Virus record (IMG/VR): IMGVR_UViG_3300050490_000084
DNA length: 64,000 nucleotides
Direction: 5' to 3' (one strand)
From: a virus
Shown here: one piece after another, positions 25,437 to 35,176 of the stretch
How the letters are laid out: each line of letters opens with the position of its first letter
How positions within the stretch are numbered: position 1 is the first letter of the stretch
The notes under the pieces: generated by a model
Databases searched by the model: none
Seen by the model: the letters and a program-made list of their open reading frames with translations, nothing else
Told to the model about the DNA's origin: nothing
Made by a program: the position numbers and the translations under genes

Positions 25437-26086
25437 GTGAGCCACTGCCAGAGCGCCCCTGCCCACGCCGCGTAGCCGCGCGCGACCGGATGAATCCCGT
25501 CCGGTCCCCGCGGAATGCTGAGGCTCTGCGTCGGAAAAAAAGAAACTCGCGGTTTTATTTTTGGGAGCGTCACCTGATGCTCGCTTTCGATGAGCCGCAT
25601 TACGCTCGGCAGTGAAATCGCGGCAGAGGGGAGCGTCGGCGGGCTCACCCACACGATCGCGCGCGGACCTAGGCCGTAATCGGCCTTGTGCGTGTACCGC
25701 TCGATCTTCTGGAGCAGCGCTTCCATGTACGGCGCCTGACGCTGCCCGATGTCTTGATTCGGGGTCGGCTGCATGTAGGCGTCGTTCGTGCCGAGGGAGA
25801 TGAGCACGAGGGTCGGCTGGAAGCTCTCGAGCAGCTCGGTCAGGGCGTCCGATTGCGCCCACTGGTCGATGCGCGTGCCGACCTTTGCGAGCGCCTGGAA
25901 GGCTACGCCACGCTCGGCAGCGAGGGCTTTGAGCGGGGCGGTGAGCCCGACCGCCAGCGAATCGCCCACGAGCAGGATGCGGTCGCCGGGGCGGATCTTC
26001 GGTGACTCGAGCAGGCTCACCAGGCCAAGCGCGGTCGCGGCGCCAGCGGCTAGCCCCACGTAGATCCAGGCGCGGGAGGTCAGCAT
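25433..26086 (-). CDS. SGNH/GDSL hydrolase with N-terminal membrane anchor
   Basis: LLVGDSL, LGTND and DGIHP blocks. Confidence 0.88.
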   Translation of the reverse strand: MLTSRAWIYVGLAAGAATALGLVSLLESPKIRPGDRILLVGDSLAVGLTAPLKALAAERGVAFQALAKVGTRIDQWAQSDALTELLESFQPTLVLISLGTNDAYMQPTPNQDIGQRQAPYMEALLQKIERYTHKADYGLGPRAIVWVSPPTLPSAAISLPSVMRLIESEHQVTLPKIKPRVSFFPTQSLSIPRGPDGIHPVARGYAAWAGALWQWLT

Positions 26087-26095
26087 GGCGCTTTC

Positions 26096-26125
26096 TTGCT
26101 AGTGGGACGCATCCAGGGGTAGCAT
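26096..26125 (+). promoter_or_regulatory. sigma70-like promoter for the transglycosylase gene
   Basis: TTGCTA-N18-TAGCAT. Confidence 0.45.
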
Positions 26126-26135
26126 TCATCCTGCC

Positions 26136-26792
26136 ATGCCACAGGACTTCACCGCAAATATCTGTGGCGGAGTCCGTTGGCGGACCCACCCGGGCGGCGT
26201 CATCGAGCTCGAGGGGTTCGGCACCCCGCTCCTCGACCCCACTTCCGCAAAGTTCCAGAACCTCGCCCGCACCTGGAAGAACTTCGACAGCGAGCTCGGC
26301 GCCGCCGCCGACAAGTCCGGGATCCCCCGCTCCTGGGCGCTCGCGTTTGCGACGGTCGAGACCGGGTTCCTGTCAGCCGACTACCAGAAGCAAGCGACAG
26401 CCGTGAGCGGCGCGGGCGCGGTCGGCGTGATGCAGCTCATGCCCCAGTACTTTTCGAAGTACTCGCGCGAGCAATTGCTCGATCCGAGCATCAACATCCC
26501 GGTGGGCGTCGCCTTCATCAAGACGCTTTGCGCGAGCACGAGCTGCCCCTGGCGCTGCGAGCTGCCGTACCTGGGATCGGTGTACAACGCGGGCAGCGGG
26601 AGCAATTGCGTGCAGTGCTCGCCCGGCAAGAACGCTTTCAATTTCTTCGAGGACGCCGACTACTCGATGCAGCTCGTCGTCTACAATAACTCGGCGCTCA
26701 CTTACCTGAAGCTCGGGGAGGCGGCGTGGCCGTGGATGCTGGGTGGAGCGGTCGTGGCGGGCGCGGGGGCCGCTGCTTGGCTTTGGCTTTGA
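26136..26792 (+). CDS. lytic transglycosylase (SLT domain) with C-terminal TM anchor
   Basis: AFATVETG (catalytic E), AVSGAGAVGVMQLMP, DPSINIPVG; hydrophobic tail. Confidence 0.88.
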   Translation: MPQDFTANICGGVRWRTHPGGVIELEGFGTPLLDPTSAKFQNLARTWKNFDSELGAAADKSGIPRSWALAFATVETGFLSADYQKQATAVSGAGAVGVMQLMPQYFSKYSREQLLDPSINIPVGVAFIKTLCASTSCPWRCELPYLGSVYNAGSGSNCVQCSPGKNAFNFFEDADYSMQLVVYNNSALTYLKLGEAAWPWMLGGAVVAGAGAAAWLWL

Positions 26793-27147
26793 CGCGACGC
26801 GCGTAGGATTTGTCCATACTCTCGCGGAGCTTTTCTTTCGGAGTCAAGTCACGCCCCGCTCGGCGCTTCCGACGGATCGACGCACGCCGTAGCTTATTCC
26901 GAAGAATGTTCCCCGCCTGGCCGAACTTCTTCAGCACGATCAGGATGCAATCATCCATCGGGACGATGGGGCCGAGGTATCCGCTCCGCTCGATGCAGTG
27001 CGGGCCCAAAAACGGGGCAGGCTCGATGGCTTCCCCGCGAAAACCGAGTTCTTCGGCAAAGCGCTGATCGCTCGCGGCCAAGTAACACTCCAAGAGGAGG
27101 TCCGATTCGCTGATTTCGGTGGCGTCGTCACGCTGGCGGCGGGGCAT
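26698..27147 (-). CDS. basic hypothetical protein
   Basis: ORF overlapping the 3' end of the SLT gene. Confidence 0.45.
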   Translation of the reverse strand: MPRRQRDDATEISESDLLLECYLAASDQRFAEELGFRGEAIEPAPFLGPHCIERSGYLGPIVPMDDCILIVLKKFGQAGNILRNKLRRASIRRKRRAGRDLTPKEKLRESMDKSYARRVKAKAKQRPPRPPRPLHPASTATPPPRASGK

Positions 27148-27192
27148 CAGTGGCTGAGCTAGATCTTCACTGCACGTGGCGCCACCGCTTGG

Positions 27193-27510
27193 CTATAGCC
27201 TATACCGGTATTGCAGGTACGGCAATACCGTCGCGAACAGAGGCAGCATGTGCCTATTTATTTGATCGATCGCGGCAAGGTTTGCGGCGAGCGACAGGCT
27301 CGACGCTAGCGCGACCTTCGGCGCCTCCGCCATGATCAATCCCGTCGGCAGCGCGAGGGCTGCCACAGCGGCCGTCGTGCCCCGAAAAAACCCGCGCCGA
27401 TCCATGCCCGCGCGTACGAGCTTCTCGCTCGCGAGCGCGTCTTCGATCTGATCACCGCGCACCGAGAGCATCCCGGCGAGCGAATCGAGGGTTGAGCGGA
27501 GGATGCTCAC
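27193..27510 (-). CDS. small protein with a twin-arginine-like motif
   Basis: MDRRGFFRG followed by a hydrophobic stretch. Confidence 0.5.
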   Translation of the reverse strand: MSILRSTLDSLAGMLSVRGDQIEDALASEKLVRAGMDRRGFFRGTTAAVAALALPTGLIMAEAPKVALASSLSLAANLAAIDQINRHMLPLFATVLPYLQYRYRL

Positions 27511-27728
27511 CGAGGCGGCCCGCCCATGAACAGCGACATGAATGACCGGTCAGTTTTCTTCGGCTCCATCTCGATGACCGGCCCGAAGGGCTTCGCTTGC
27601 GCCCCGCACTGCTCACAGGTCGGCACGGGCGGATTGACGCCCATCCAGTGCTCCGGGACACACACGCGCCCTCCGCAGAGGGAACAAGACCCGATACTTT
27701 TCCTCATCTCCTCGCTCCTTCCTAGCAC
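27507..27728 (-). CDS. small Zn-ribbon protein
   Basis: CSLC...CEQC. Confidence 0.5.
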   Translation of the reverse strand: MLGRSEEMRKSIGSCSLCGGRVCVPEHWMGVNPPVPTCEQCGAQAKPFGPVIEMEPKKTDRSFMSLFMGGPPR

Positions 27729-27967
27729 CTGATCAACGTCGAATGCGGATCGAACGGCGTCCCCTGCCCTGCGTGGATCGAGCTCAGCTCTTGCTGACGC
27801 ACCGCCGAGCCCGCGCTCGGATCGATCTCGTGCTTGAACACCATGGCCAGGTGGTTCTTGATCGCCTGAGCTTGCTGCGCACTCAGCTGCGGCATGCCAG
27901 GGTCAGCTCCCTGAGCGCTCAGCTCGAAGAAACCCTGGAGCCAGTAGCAAAATTCTCGGGCGGTCAT
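27722..27967 (-). CDS. phage-type hypothetical protein
   Basis: MTAREFCYWLQGFFEL...IKNHLAMVFKHEIDP pattern. Confidence 0.65.
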   Translation of the reverse strand: MTAREFCYWLQGFFELSAQGADPGMPQLSAQQAQAIKNHLAMVFKHEIDPSAGSAVRQQELSSIHAGQGTPFDPHSTLIRC

Positions 27968-28073
27968 GACTTTGAGGAGATCCGTTCTCGGTGGGGGAAG
28001 ATTGTCACAGCTTCGGCGTACGTGCTATCACCGTACCATCAGTGTGATGGCACAGTCAACCCGGGGTAGGACC

Positions 28074-28259
28074 ATGCAAATCAGCCCAGATCTCACGCTC
28101 CGCGAAGTCAAAGCCCGTCTCGACAAGGCCGGCCTCAAGCTCCACCTCAACTTCGAGCACGGTGTTTACCACGCCTACGTGCACGGAGACACGAGCGTCA
28201 AAGCCTACGACCGAGGGGACCTCGCCGAGGCAATCGACGGGGCCACGAGATCGGCATGA
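28074..28259 (+). CDS. hypothetical protein
   Basis: MQISP start; first of a coupled rightward series. Confidence 0.5.
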   Translation: MQISPDLTLREVKARLDKAGLKLHLNFEHGVYHAYVHGDTSVKAYDRGDLAEAIDGATRSA

Positions 28260-28465
28260 GACGCACCGTCACCATCGGCGCATTCCAGGTCAAGAACAAG
28301 CCGCGCCCGCTCGTCGGCACGAAGACCTCGATCCGGGAGACCGAGCTCGATATGAAGCAGTGGGAGTGGAGCGAAAACTTCTTCCCCAGTCGCTTCGAGC
28401 GACCCTACGTCACGCCCTGGCATTGTTTGCCTAAGCCGCCCCGCACCAAGAAAGTCAGCGCATGA
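28256..28465 (+). CDS. hypothetical protein
   Basis: ATGA coupling. Confidence 0.5.
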   Translation: MRRTVTIGAFQVKNKPRPLVGTKTSIRETELDMKQWEWSENFFPSRFERPYVTPWHCLPKPPRTKKVSA

Positions 28466-28710
28466 AGATCTACATCACTTGCGTGCTAGAGGACCCGAAC
28501 TCCGATCGCGCAGACCGGCTCTTACCCTATCTCGCCATCGCAAAAGCCCCATGGGGCAGCGTCGAGACGCGCGGCACGGATCCGAAGCATGCCTTGGCCA
28601 ATGCCAAGGGCATCATGCTCCACGCACTCGGAGACTCATCCGACCCACCCGATGAGATCATTTTCAGCTACTTCGATCTATCGCAAAAGCCCCCTCATGC
28701 CGCTCCGTAA
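28462..28710 (+). CDS. HicB-like small protein (tentative)
   Basis: Beta-beta-helix pattern ..VETRGTDPKHALANAKGIM. Confidence 0.4.
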   Translation: MKIYITCVLEDPNSDRADRLLPYLAIAKAPWGSVETRGTDPKHALANAKGIMLHALGDSSDPPDEIIFSYFDLSQKPPHAAP

Positions 28711-28933
28711 GCACGACTTTCGCTGGGCGCTATCGATGCCGGGCCTCGAGCGGTCCTGCTGCGAGCAGTGCAACTGCTACCGGGACGTGACCCCACAAGG
28801 GGTAACTTATTCGGTCGCCGGTGAGCAGGCCGATCTCACCGAAGCACCTTGTTGCTTTCCGCCGTTCGATCCGGACATATCGCCCGAAGATCTCGACAAG
28901 GCCGGCTACATGCCGAAGCCGAAGCCCGCATGA
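28697..28933 (+). CDS. small Cys-rich protein
   Basis: CCEQCNC. Confidence 0.45.
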   Translation: MPLRKHDFRWALSMPGLERSCCEQCNCYRDVTPQGVTYSVAGEQADLTEAPCCFPPFDPDISPEDLDKAGYMPKPKPA

Positions 28934-29196
28934 CCGAGCCACGCATCACCGTCATTCCGCACCAGCACGGCGTCCCCACGCATCTCTGCTCGATCTGGCG
29001 CCCCAATGGGGGCCTTCCGTACCAGTGCGCGCTGGACATCACCCGCGAGGTAGCAACCTGGAATGCCGAGCGCCAGATCTGGACGCCGCAGATCCGTCTC
29101 TGCTATCTGCACGCGATAGAATACGCCACCGGCAAGCCCGTGATGAGCCTCACCTACGCCGAGCGCCAAGCCGACATGCGCTTGCTCGGAGCCTAG
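28930..29196 (+). CDS. hypothetical protein
   Basis: ATGA coupling. Confidence 0.5.
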   Translation: MTEPRITVIPHQHGVPTHLCSIWRPNGGLPYQCALDITREVATWNAERQIWTPQIRLCYLHAIEYATGKPVMSLTYAERQADMRLLGA

Positions 29197-29202
29197 CCCA
29201 CC

Positions 29203-29433
29203 ATGGCGCACGTATTGCTCTTCAATAAGCGCGCGGACTCGCACAACGCCGCTCGGATCCACGACGCAGACTGCCCGCTGGTTACTGCAGCCCGTCAATC
29301 ATGCGGCGTCGTTGCCGTCATCGAAAGCGACGCGGTCGCCGAGGCAATCAAAGACCTCACCGAGCGCGATTGGCCCGTCAAAGCTTGCCGCTGCACCAAG
29401 GGCTCAACATCCTCCGCTGCCATCGCTCGCTGA
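29203..29433 (+). CDS. small Cys/His protein
   Basis: IHDADCP...CRC. Confidence 0.5.
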   Translation: MAHVLLFNKRADSHNAARIHDADCPLVTAARQSCGVVAVIESDAVAEAIKDLTERDWPVKACRCTKGSTSSAAIAR

Positions 29434-29959
29434 GCGTCTCTCTCGCCACCTTCATGATCTGGCTCACCCGAGCTGCGGTGACTCCGAGCTCTTTCGCGAT
29501 CTCTGGCTGGATCTTGCCATCGACCGAATGCCGCATCGCGACCCGCTGCTGACGCGGCAGCGTCTCAATGGCATCATCGAGCCAGCGCAGGCGCGCGTGC
29601 TGATCGAGATCTTCTTCAATGTTGAGCGCGACCGTGTACTGCCGAATGGTCTCGGTCGTACTGAAGCCATCGGCATGCAAGATCTGCCACAGCTTGCCGA
29701 AGCTTTTTCGGGCGCGGCGTGGGAAGTCATCGCGCGCCCGGAGATCGTCGATGATGGCCCCTCGGATCCGCACGATGGCCACCGCCTCGAACTCCGCCTC
29801 CGGAAGCCGGTGGTGACGAAGCGCCGCATCCCACAGGCCCCCGAGCGCGACCGTCTGGATCTCGATCGCTTCGACCGATTGCGGCAGCTTCCTCAGGTAG
29901 CCAAGGGCGATGCGATGAGCCAAATCTCGGTATTGCTCGAAGGCCTCACCGGGCGTCAT
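29378..29959 (-). CDS. sigma70-family factor, FliA/WhiG-like regions 2 and 4
   Basis: ALGGLWDAA..FEAVAIVRIRGAIIDDLR (region 2); LPRQQR..QPEIAKELGVTAARVSQI (region 4 HTH). Confidence 0.85.
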   Translation of the reverse strand: MTPGEAFEQYRDLAHRIALGYLRKLPQSVEAIEIQTVALGGLWDAALRHHRLPEAEFEAVAIVRIRGAIIDDLRARDDFPRRARKSFGKLWQILHADGFSTTETIRQYTVALNIEEDLDQHARLRWLDDAIETLPRQQRVAMRHSVDGKIQPEIAKELGVTAARVSQIMKVARETLSERWQRRMLSPWCSGKL

Positions 29960-30566
29960 CCTTCGATCCAGATCGTGAGGGGAGGAGCGCCCAAGCGCCT
30001 GCGCCGACGACGACGGCAGAGGTCGCCGCCCAAGGCAGCACCGAATCACCTGAGCGCGATGCGAGGAACGGCTCGACCGAATAAAACGCCGCTACGGCGG
30101 ACTTCGGCACGATGCTCGCACTGACGGCGCCGCCCGTACCATTGCCGTTGATCAGCGAGACGAGATCGCCCTGCACGCCGATCACGACCGCTTGGTGCTG
30201 GTTGTGGTCGAAGTAAGCGATGTCCCCAGGCTGGGGATTGTTTGTGGTCGGGAAATCGTAGAGGAAGCCCGTGCCAATAATCCACGGACGGTTTTTCAGG
30301 ATCCCCGCCTGGTGCAGCGCCCACAGCGCAAACGCTCCGCACCAGTCCTTCGGCCAGCCGTCGGGCGGCACGCCAGGGAGTACGTTCTGCCAGTAGGGGG
30401 CGGCGCTCGCGCGGCCGAGCTCGGCTTGGGCGTACTGAGCGATGCGGAGCCGCGCTGGCGCGGGCCAGAAGGCCCAGACGCTGAGCGAGGCACCGAGCAC
30501 GCTGAGCGCGGTCAGAGCCCAGCCCGCGGGGCTCTTCGGGAAGATCTTCGGGAGCGTGACGGGCAT
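29946..30566 (-). CDS. CHAP/NlpC-P60-type peptidoglycan hydrolase with N- and C-terminal TM segments
   Basis: DWCGAFALWAL, PQPGDIAYF..HQAVV, LINGN. Confidence 0.8.
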   Translation of the reverse strand: MPVTLPKIFPKSPAGWALTALSVLGASLSVWAFWPAPARLRIAQYAQAELGRASAAPYWQNVLPGVPPDGWPKDWCGAFALWALHQAGILKNRPWIIGTGFLYDFPTTNNPQPGDIAYFDHNQHQAVVIGVQGDLVSLINGNGTGGAVSASIVPKSAVAAFYSVEPFLASRSGDSVLPWAATSAVVVGAGAWALLPSRSGSKDDAR

Positions 30567-30590
30567 CAGGTAGCGGGGGTCGGCCTCTCA

Positions 30591-30635
30591 CCTCGAAAAG
30601 TAGCATCCCCCGAGCGAGACTGATAGTTTTCGAGG
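30591..30635. promoter_or_regulatory. divergent promoter region with inverted CCTCGAAAA/TTTTCGAGG
   Basis: On + strand AAAAG-TAGCAT-N17-TAGTTT; lies between divergent genes. Confidence 0.5.
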
Positions 30636-30673
30636 GGAAGAAAGCCCGCTCGCGGGCGTAGGACACTCCAGCC

Positions 30674-32209
30674 ATGCCGCATCAGGAACCGAACCGCGCA
30701 CTCGCGCGTGCCAAGCTCGAAACCCTGGCCTGGGAGCAAACCCCGGAAGCGCGTCGCGGGCGATCGGGCTCACGGCGTAAGGTGCTCCTCGACACGACCG
30801 ACGGCACCGGGATGGTGCCGCTGAGCGAGCTCACGGACTTTCAGCTGAGGCGATACATTGGGCCGGGACGGCTCGAGGAAGCAGGCGACATGCGAAAGAA
30901 TTCAACGTCGGGACCCTACCAAAAACGCCGCGAGCTCCGCCGGAATGCTGCCCGCCCCCCAGCCACCCTCGGCCTGGGTGAAGATCTCCCGCTCCTTCGT
31001 CAGCTCATCGCATCGACTGCCGAGTCGATGGAGATCGAAAACTGGAAGGACTCCAACCTGACTCAAGACGCCATCGAAGAAGGCGCGCGCTACGATCTCG
31101 CCCTGCGTGATGCCTTGAACGAGGTAGTCGAGCGCTTCCCTCCCGAGAACGGCGCCACCGCCGACGATCTCTGGGACGCCAACGCGCCCTACCTCGTGCT
31201 CATGACCCTACGCCGCGAAGGCGTCGGGATTTGGGACGGAAGCTGGGAGGACTTCTACGCGGATACTTCCGAGGTCGAGCGATTTCTGAAGCAGAAGCTC
31301 CGCAGCTTCTCGGACAGCAGCGGATCGGGCTCGCTGAATGATGTGTTTATGGAGGCAGCTGAGAAGACGTGCGGCGCCTACTCCCGGAACGCCTCTCGCA
31401 AGCGACCCAAGGTCCCCTCGCGCTACGTCGATCACGGCGATCCGGTATTCATCATCGGTGACCACGTCGAGAGAAAAGACGGGCGCGGTGAGGGTGTGAT
31501 CAAAGACCTCAACACCCAACGGGGTCGGATCGAATACCTCATCCACCTCTCCAATGGCGACAAGCTCTGGTTCGATGAGTCGGAGCTCGTGGTGCCCGCT
31601 CACTGGAAGAACGCCCGCAGCAAAGGCCGTGGGCCAGCAATGGGCGCCCGAGGCAAGCCAGGCCAACGGCTCGCGTGGGTATACGGAAAAAACGACAACA
31701 CGCTCCTGGTTTTCGTTACGAAAGAGCCAGATGGCCTTTTCTATACTTGGACGCGCAAAGATCTCAACGGCGTAGAGGACTGGACCTATGGCTTCAAGAC
31801 CGAACGCGAAGCCAAGCAAGAGATGTATCGCCTTGGCGGGTACGATGGTTCTCCAAGAGGCTGGGAAGAAGACCTCGAGCAGAATGCCTCACGCCGTCGC
31901 GAAGAGCCCGACGAGGTCGCCGCCCGCGAGCTCTCCCTCTACATCGAAAACGAATACTCGCTCGTCGGCGCGCCCAACTCCCAGGGCAAGGCCATCGAAA
32001 AGAACCTCCTCGGCCACCTGCGCCGCGGCAACTTCGACATCAAGAAGGCCGAGATCGCCTACATGCACCTGATGGAGACGGGCGCCAAGAAGTACGCGAA
32101 GGAATACGCGGACGGCAAGGACTGGCACCAGATCTTCAACAAATCCACGCGCGAGCTCGTCGCTCACGAATTCGCTACGACCTTCTACGAAGAGCACAAA
32201 GGACGCTGA
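30674..32209 (+). CDS. modular multi-domain protein with basic xNA/xNS linkers and an SH3/Tudor-like segment
   Basis: 511-aa ORF; linkers RKNS, RRNA, SRNA, WKNA, EQNA. Confidence 0.7.
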   Translation: MPHQEPNRALARAKLETLAWEQTPEARRGRSGSRRKVLLDTTDGTGMVPLSELTDFQLRRYIGPGRLEEAGDMRKNSTSGPYQKRRELRRNAARPPATLGLGEDLPLLRQLIASTAESMEIENWKDSNLTQDAIEEGARYDLALRDALNEVVERFPPENGATADDLWDANAPYLVLMTLRREGVGIWDGSWEDFYADTSEVERFLKQKLRSFSDSSGSGSLNDVFMEAAEKTCGAYSRNASRKRPKVPSRYVDHGDPVFIIGDHVERKDGRGEGVIKDLNTQRGRIEYLIHLSNGDKLWFDESELVVPAHWKNARSKGRGPAMGARGKPGQRLAWVYGKNDNTLLVFVTKEPDGLFYTWTRKDLNGVEDWTYGFKTEREAKQEMYRLGGYDGSPRGWEEDLEQNASRRREEPDEVAARELSLYIENEYSLVGAPNSQGKAIEKNLLGHLRRGNFDIKKAEIAYMHLMETGAKKYAKEYADGKDWHQIFNKSTRELVAHEFATTFYEEHKGR

Positions 32210-32212
32210 CCC

Positions 32213-32611
32213 ATGGCCGCACGACGAAAAGCAAAGACCACTCGCTCCTCCGCTCCGAAACGCATCACCGAAGAGGACGTGAAGGCGGCGGTCGACGTGA
32301 TCAGTTCCGACTACTGGCAAGACGTGCGTGAGTGCGCAGCCGACTTCATCGAGCGCTCCCAAAAAGGGGAGTTCAAGAACGAGGATGACTACCGCGAGCA
32401 ACTTGAGCAGTACGTCGATGGGTCCCAGCGCGTGATCTACACGTACTGGGCGCGACTCGGTCTGCTCGCGACCAACAGCGCGGACGCTTACGAGGAGCAG
32501 ACCGGAGAGGAGCCAACCGGTGACTCCGCCGGCATCTCGAAGCAGATGTACTACGCGTACCTCGAAGACATCCAGAACCACATCGGCTCGGACATCGACT
32601 TCAACGAGTGA
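32213..32611 (+). CDS. acidic hypothetical protein with a basic N-terminus
   Basis: Follows the upstream ORF after 3 nt. Confidence 0.65.
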   Translation: MAARRKAKTTRSSAPKRITEEDVKAAVDVISSDYWQDVRECAADFIERSQKGEFKNEDDYREQLEQYVDGSQRVIYTYWARLGLLATNSADAYEEQTGEEPTGDSAGISKQMYYAYLEDIQNHIGSDIDFNE

Positions 32612-32612
32612 G

Positions 32613-32918
32613 CTACGGCACCCAGCGAGCTCGGAGGCGAGCACCCGCCTGCACGCCGCCGATCTCCGCAAGCAGATCGCATAGCTCATTGAGGTTCGAT
32701 TCGCCGGGCACGCGGCGCATGAGCGCGTGCCCCATGCCGTGCTCGAGGGAGGCGACGCCGATCTTCAGCACCGTGAAGAAGAGCGCCGCTTTGATGGGCG
32801 ATACGCCGTAGACGCCGGCAGCAAAGCCGAGCCCGAAGTGGAGCGGCGTGTAGATGTCGACCGCGGCCTGTCCGTACTCGGAGCGGTTACTCGCGATGAT
32901 CCCGACAGGGCGCGTCAT
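32613..32918 (-). CDS. small membrane protein
   Basis: Hydrophobic; H..G...ES..N...D pattern. Confidence 0.55.
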   Translation of the reverse strand: MTRPVGIIASNRSEYGQAAVDIYTPLHFGLGFAAGVYGVSPIKAALFFTVLKIGVASLEHGMGHALMRRVPGESNLNELCDLLAEIGGVQAGARLRARWVP

Positions 32919-32923
32919 GGCCG

Positions 32924-33646
32924 TCAGATCTGGCTGATCACGACCGAGTAACGCCGGAAGGTCTCGGTCAAACTGCCGACCGCTGTGGTGATGCGGCGGA
33001 TCATGTGCTGCACCGTGTCTCCGTTATTCAGCTGCAGCTCGGCGACGTGCGAAAAATTCGCGTAGATGCCAGCGGTGCCGGTGAGGAAATTCGCGGTAGC
33101 ATCAGCGAGATCGCTCGTCGTGCCGATCAAGGCGCCGTTCGTGGTGAAGTCGACATCGTACGCGATCGGCGTCGAAAACGTGTCCCTACTGAAGGACAGG
33201 TTCGCGGACATATTGAACTTCAGACCCGACGGGCCGCCATACGTGATGACGCCCGTGGTCGTGTTCACCGACCACATCAGGGACGTGGGAAACTCCTCGT
33301 AGAAGTTCGTGCCGGTGGGGAGCGCGGTCCACGTGCCGACGACCGCGGGCACGATGAGCGCGCTGTTCTGAAAGTGGGCGACGGTGCCCGTCACGCCGAC
33401 CGAAAAATCGCTCTCGGCGTTCTGCTTGAACCAGCACCCGCCGCCGCTCAGCGGCACAAGGAAGGTGTCGCCGATCGTCGCCTGCGTGCTCGATGCCGAA
33501 TATCGGTAGACCGATTTGTTCGCGACGCAGTAGCACTCTGCGCCGTCACCGCGCGCGGTGACGTTGAGCGACGTGACCGAGTTGACGGTACCGGTCGCCG
33601 TAGCGACCACCAGCGAGCAAAATGACCCTGCAGAAGACCTGTTCAA
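32924..33646 (-). CDS. fibre/spike-like protein: shared N-module plus beta-rich (C1q/TNF-like?) head
   Basis: N-terminus paralogous to 33654-34385; Ser/Thr-rich beta-strand C-terminus. Confidence 0.65.
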   Translation of the reverse strand: MNRSSAGSFCSLVVATATGTVNSVTSLNVTARGDGAECYCVANKSVYRYSASSTQATIGDTFLVPLSGGGCWFKQNAESDFSVGVTGTVAHFQNSALIVPAVVGTWTALPTGTNFYEEFPTSLMWSVNTTTGVITYGGPSGLKFNMSANLSFSRDTFSTPIAYDVDFTTNGALIGTTSDLADATANFLTGTAGIYANFSHVAELQLNNGDTVQHMIRRITTAVGSLTETFRRYSVVISQI

Positions 33647-33653
33647 GAGACCC

Positions 33654-34385
33654 TCATGGAACGGGGGTAATCACGACCGAATAACGACTGGCCGTAAAGG
33701 TGCCGGGGTTCGCTGAGATGCAGCGCAACGCGTGCTGAATCACGAATCCATTGGAAGGAGACAGGATACTGTCGAGCGAGATCTGAGTCAGCTGACCGCT
33801 GAGCCCCGACACGGAGGCCGACGACTGCCTCACCGAGGCGGAAGTCGTCCCGATGATGCTGCTGTTCTGCGTGATAGCTAGCTCGATGACCTGATCGGTG
33901 CGGCCACCGACCGGATTGTCGTCGCTCACCGACAACGTCGCATTGAACAAAAATGACATGCCCGTCGGGCCCACGTAGGTGATGACGCCGCTCGTCGTGC
34001 TGAGATTGAAGAGCGCCGACTGCACTACGGCGGAGAAGAAGTTCGCCCCGAATGGCAGCACGTGCCAAACGTTTTGGGTGAGCGTCTGAAACGCCGCTCC
34101 GTTGAACGCCGAGCTCGAGACGATGTGCTCGCCAAATAGCCCTTGGGTATTCTGTCGAATCCAACACCCGACGCCGCTCAGCGGCACCAGGAACGCATCC
34201 GTATTGGGGATCGCTGCTTGGGTCGAGCTCGCGCTGTAGCGATAGATCCCTTGGTTTGCGACGCAGTAGCACTCGGCGCCGTCACCGCGGGCCGTCACGT
34301 CTAAACTCGTGACCGAGTTGACGGTGCCGGTCGCCGTGGCGACGACCAGCGAACAGAACGACCCCGACGATGAGCGATTCGCCAA
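33654..34385 (-). CDS. fibre/spike-like protein, tandem paralog
   Basis: First ~75 aa nearly identical to 32924-33646. Confidence 0.65.
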   Translation of the reverse strand: MANRSSSGSFCSLVVATATGTVNSVTSLDVTARGDGAECYCVANQGIYRYSASSTQAAIPNTDAFLVPLSGVGCWIRQNTQGLFGEHIVSSSAFNGAAFQTLTQNVWHVLPFGANFFSAVVQSALFNLSTTSGVITYVGPTGMSFLFNATLSVSDDNPVGGRTDQVIELAITQNSSIIGTTSASVRQSSASVSGLSGQLTQISLDSILSPSNGFVIQHALRCISANPGTFTASRYSVVITPVP

Positions 34386-34392
34386 ACTGGCC

Positions 34393-35136
34393 TCAGGTCG
34401 GTTGCAAGATCAGATTGAACTGCGTGACCGTCAGGTTGGCGGAGGCCGAACGATTTCGCAGAGCGGCGAAGAAGGTCGTGCCGACGCCCATGACCTGCGG
34501 CTTTTGCGTCGACACCTGAGCGCCCAAGGCGGCTGTGGTCGTATCGGTCGTCGTGCGACCGGCTGAACCAACGAAGGTTGTCGCTCCGATGACGGAGTCC
34601 GCGCCGCTCATCAGGGCAAACTCCACCACCTGACCCGCGGTGGCCGTCGCGACCGTGATCTCTGCCGTCGCAATGAACTGCGCGAGCGCCGGACCCGAGT
34701 ACGTGTACACGCCCGTCGTGGTATTGAGCGACCAGTACGCGCCGGTGTTGCCGGTGACGTAGAAGTTGGTGCCTGACGGGAGACCGATCCAAGTGTCCTG
34801 CGTCACGGCAAACGAACTCGACCCCTGGAGGGCCGCCGTGCCGAGCGCTTGCCCGAGTCGCGGGTCGAGCGCGGTGCCACCCGAAACGAAGAGCCAGCGG
34901 CCTGGCCCCGAGAGTGGCGTGACGACCGAGCCATCGGCGGTTTGGACCGTGGTCGAGTCGGTTTTCTTCAGGCGGTAGGAGCCGCCGTTCGAGATCACGA
35001 AGGCGAGGGCGCCGTTCGGGAGCTGGGCGGTGTTGACGCCGTCGAGGGAGTCAGCCGGACCGGTAGAATCGACCACGCCGAGGGACCCGACGATGATATC
35101 TCGGAGAGCGACGGCAGCACGTTGGGTATTGGACAT
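34393..35136 (-). CDS. fibre/spike-like protein: shared N-module plus beta-rich head
   Basis: DSLDGVNTAQLPNGALAFV...PLSGPGRW module. Confidence 0.65.
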   Translation of the reverse strand: MSNTQRAAVALRDIIVGSLGVVDSTGPADSLDGVNTAQLPNGALAFVISNGGSYRLKKTDSTTVQTADGSVVTPLSGPGRWLFVSGGTALDPRLGQALGTAALQGSSSFAVTQDTWIGLPSGTNFYVTGNTGAYWSLNTTTGVYTYSGPALAQFIATAEITVATATAGQVVEFALMSGADSVIGATTFVGSAGRTTTDTTTAALGAQVSTQKPQVMGVGTTFFAALRNRSASANLTVTQFNLILQPT

Positions 35137-35176
35137 GACGGGGAAAATCCTTGCTTGGGGAACGAAAGCGAGGACG

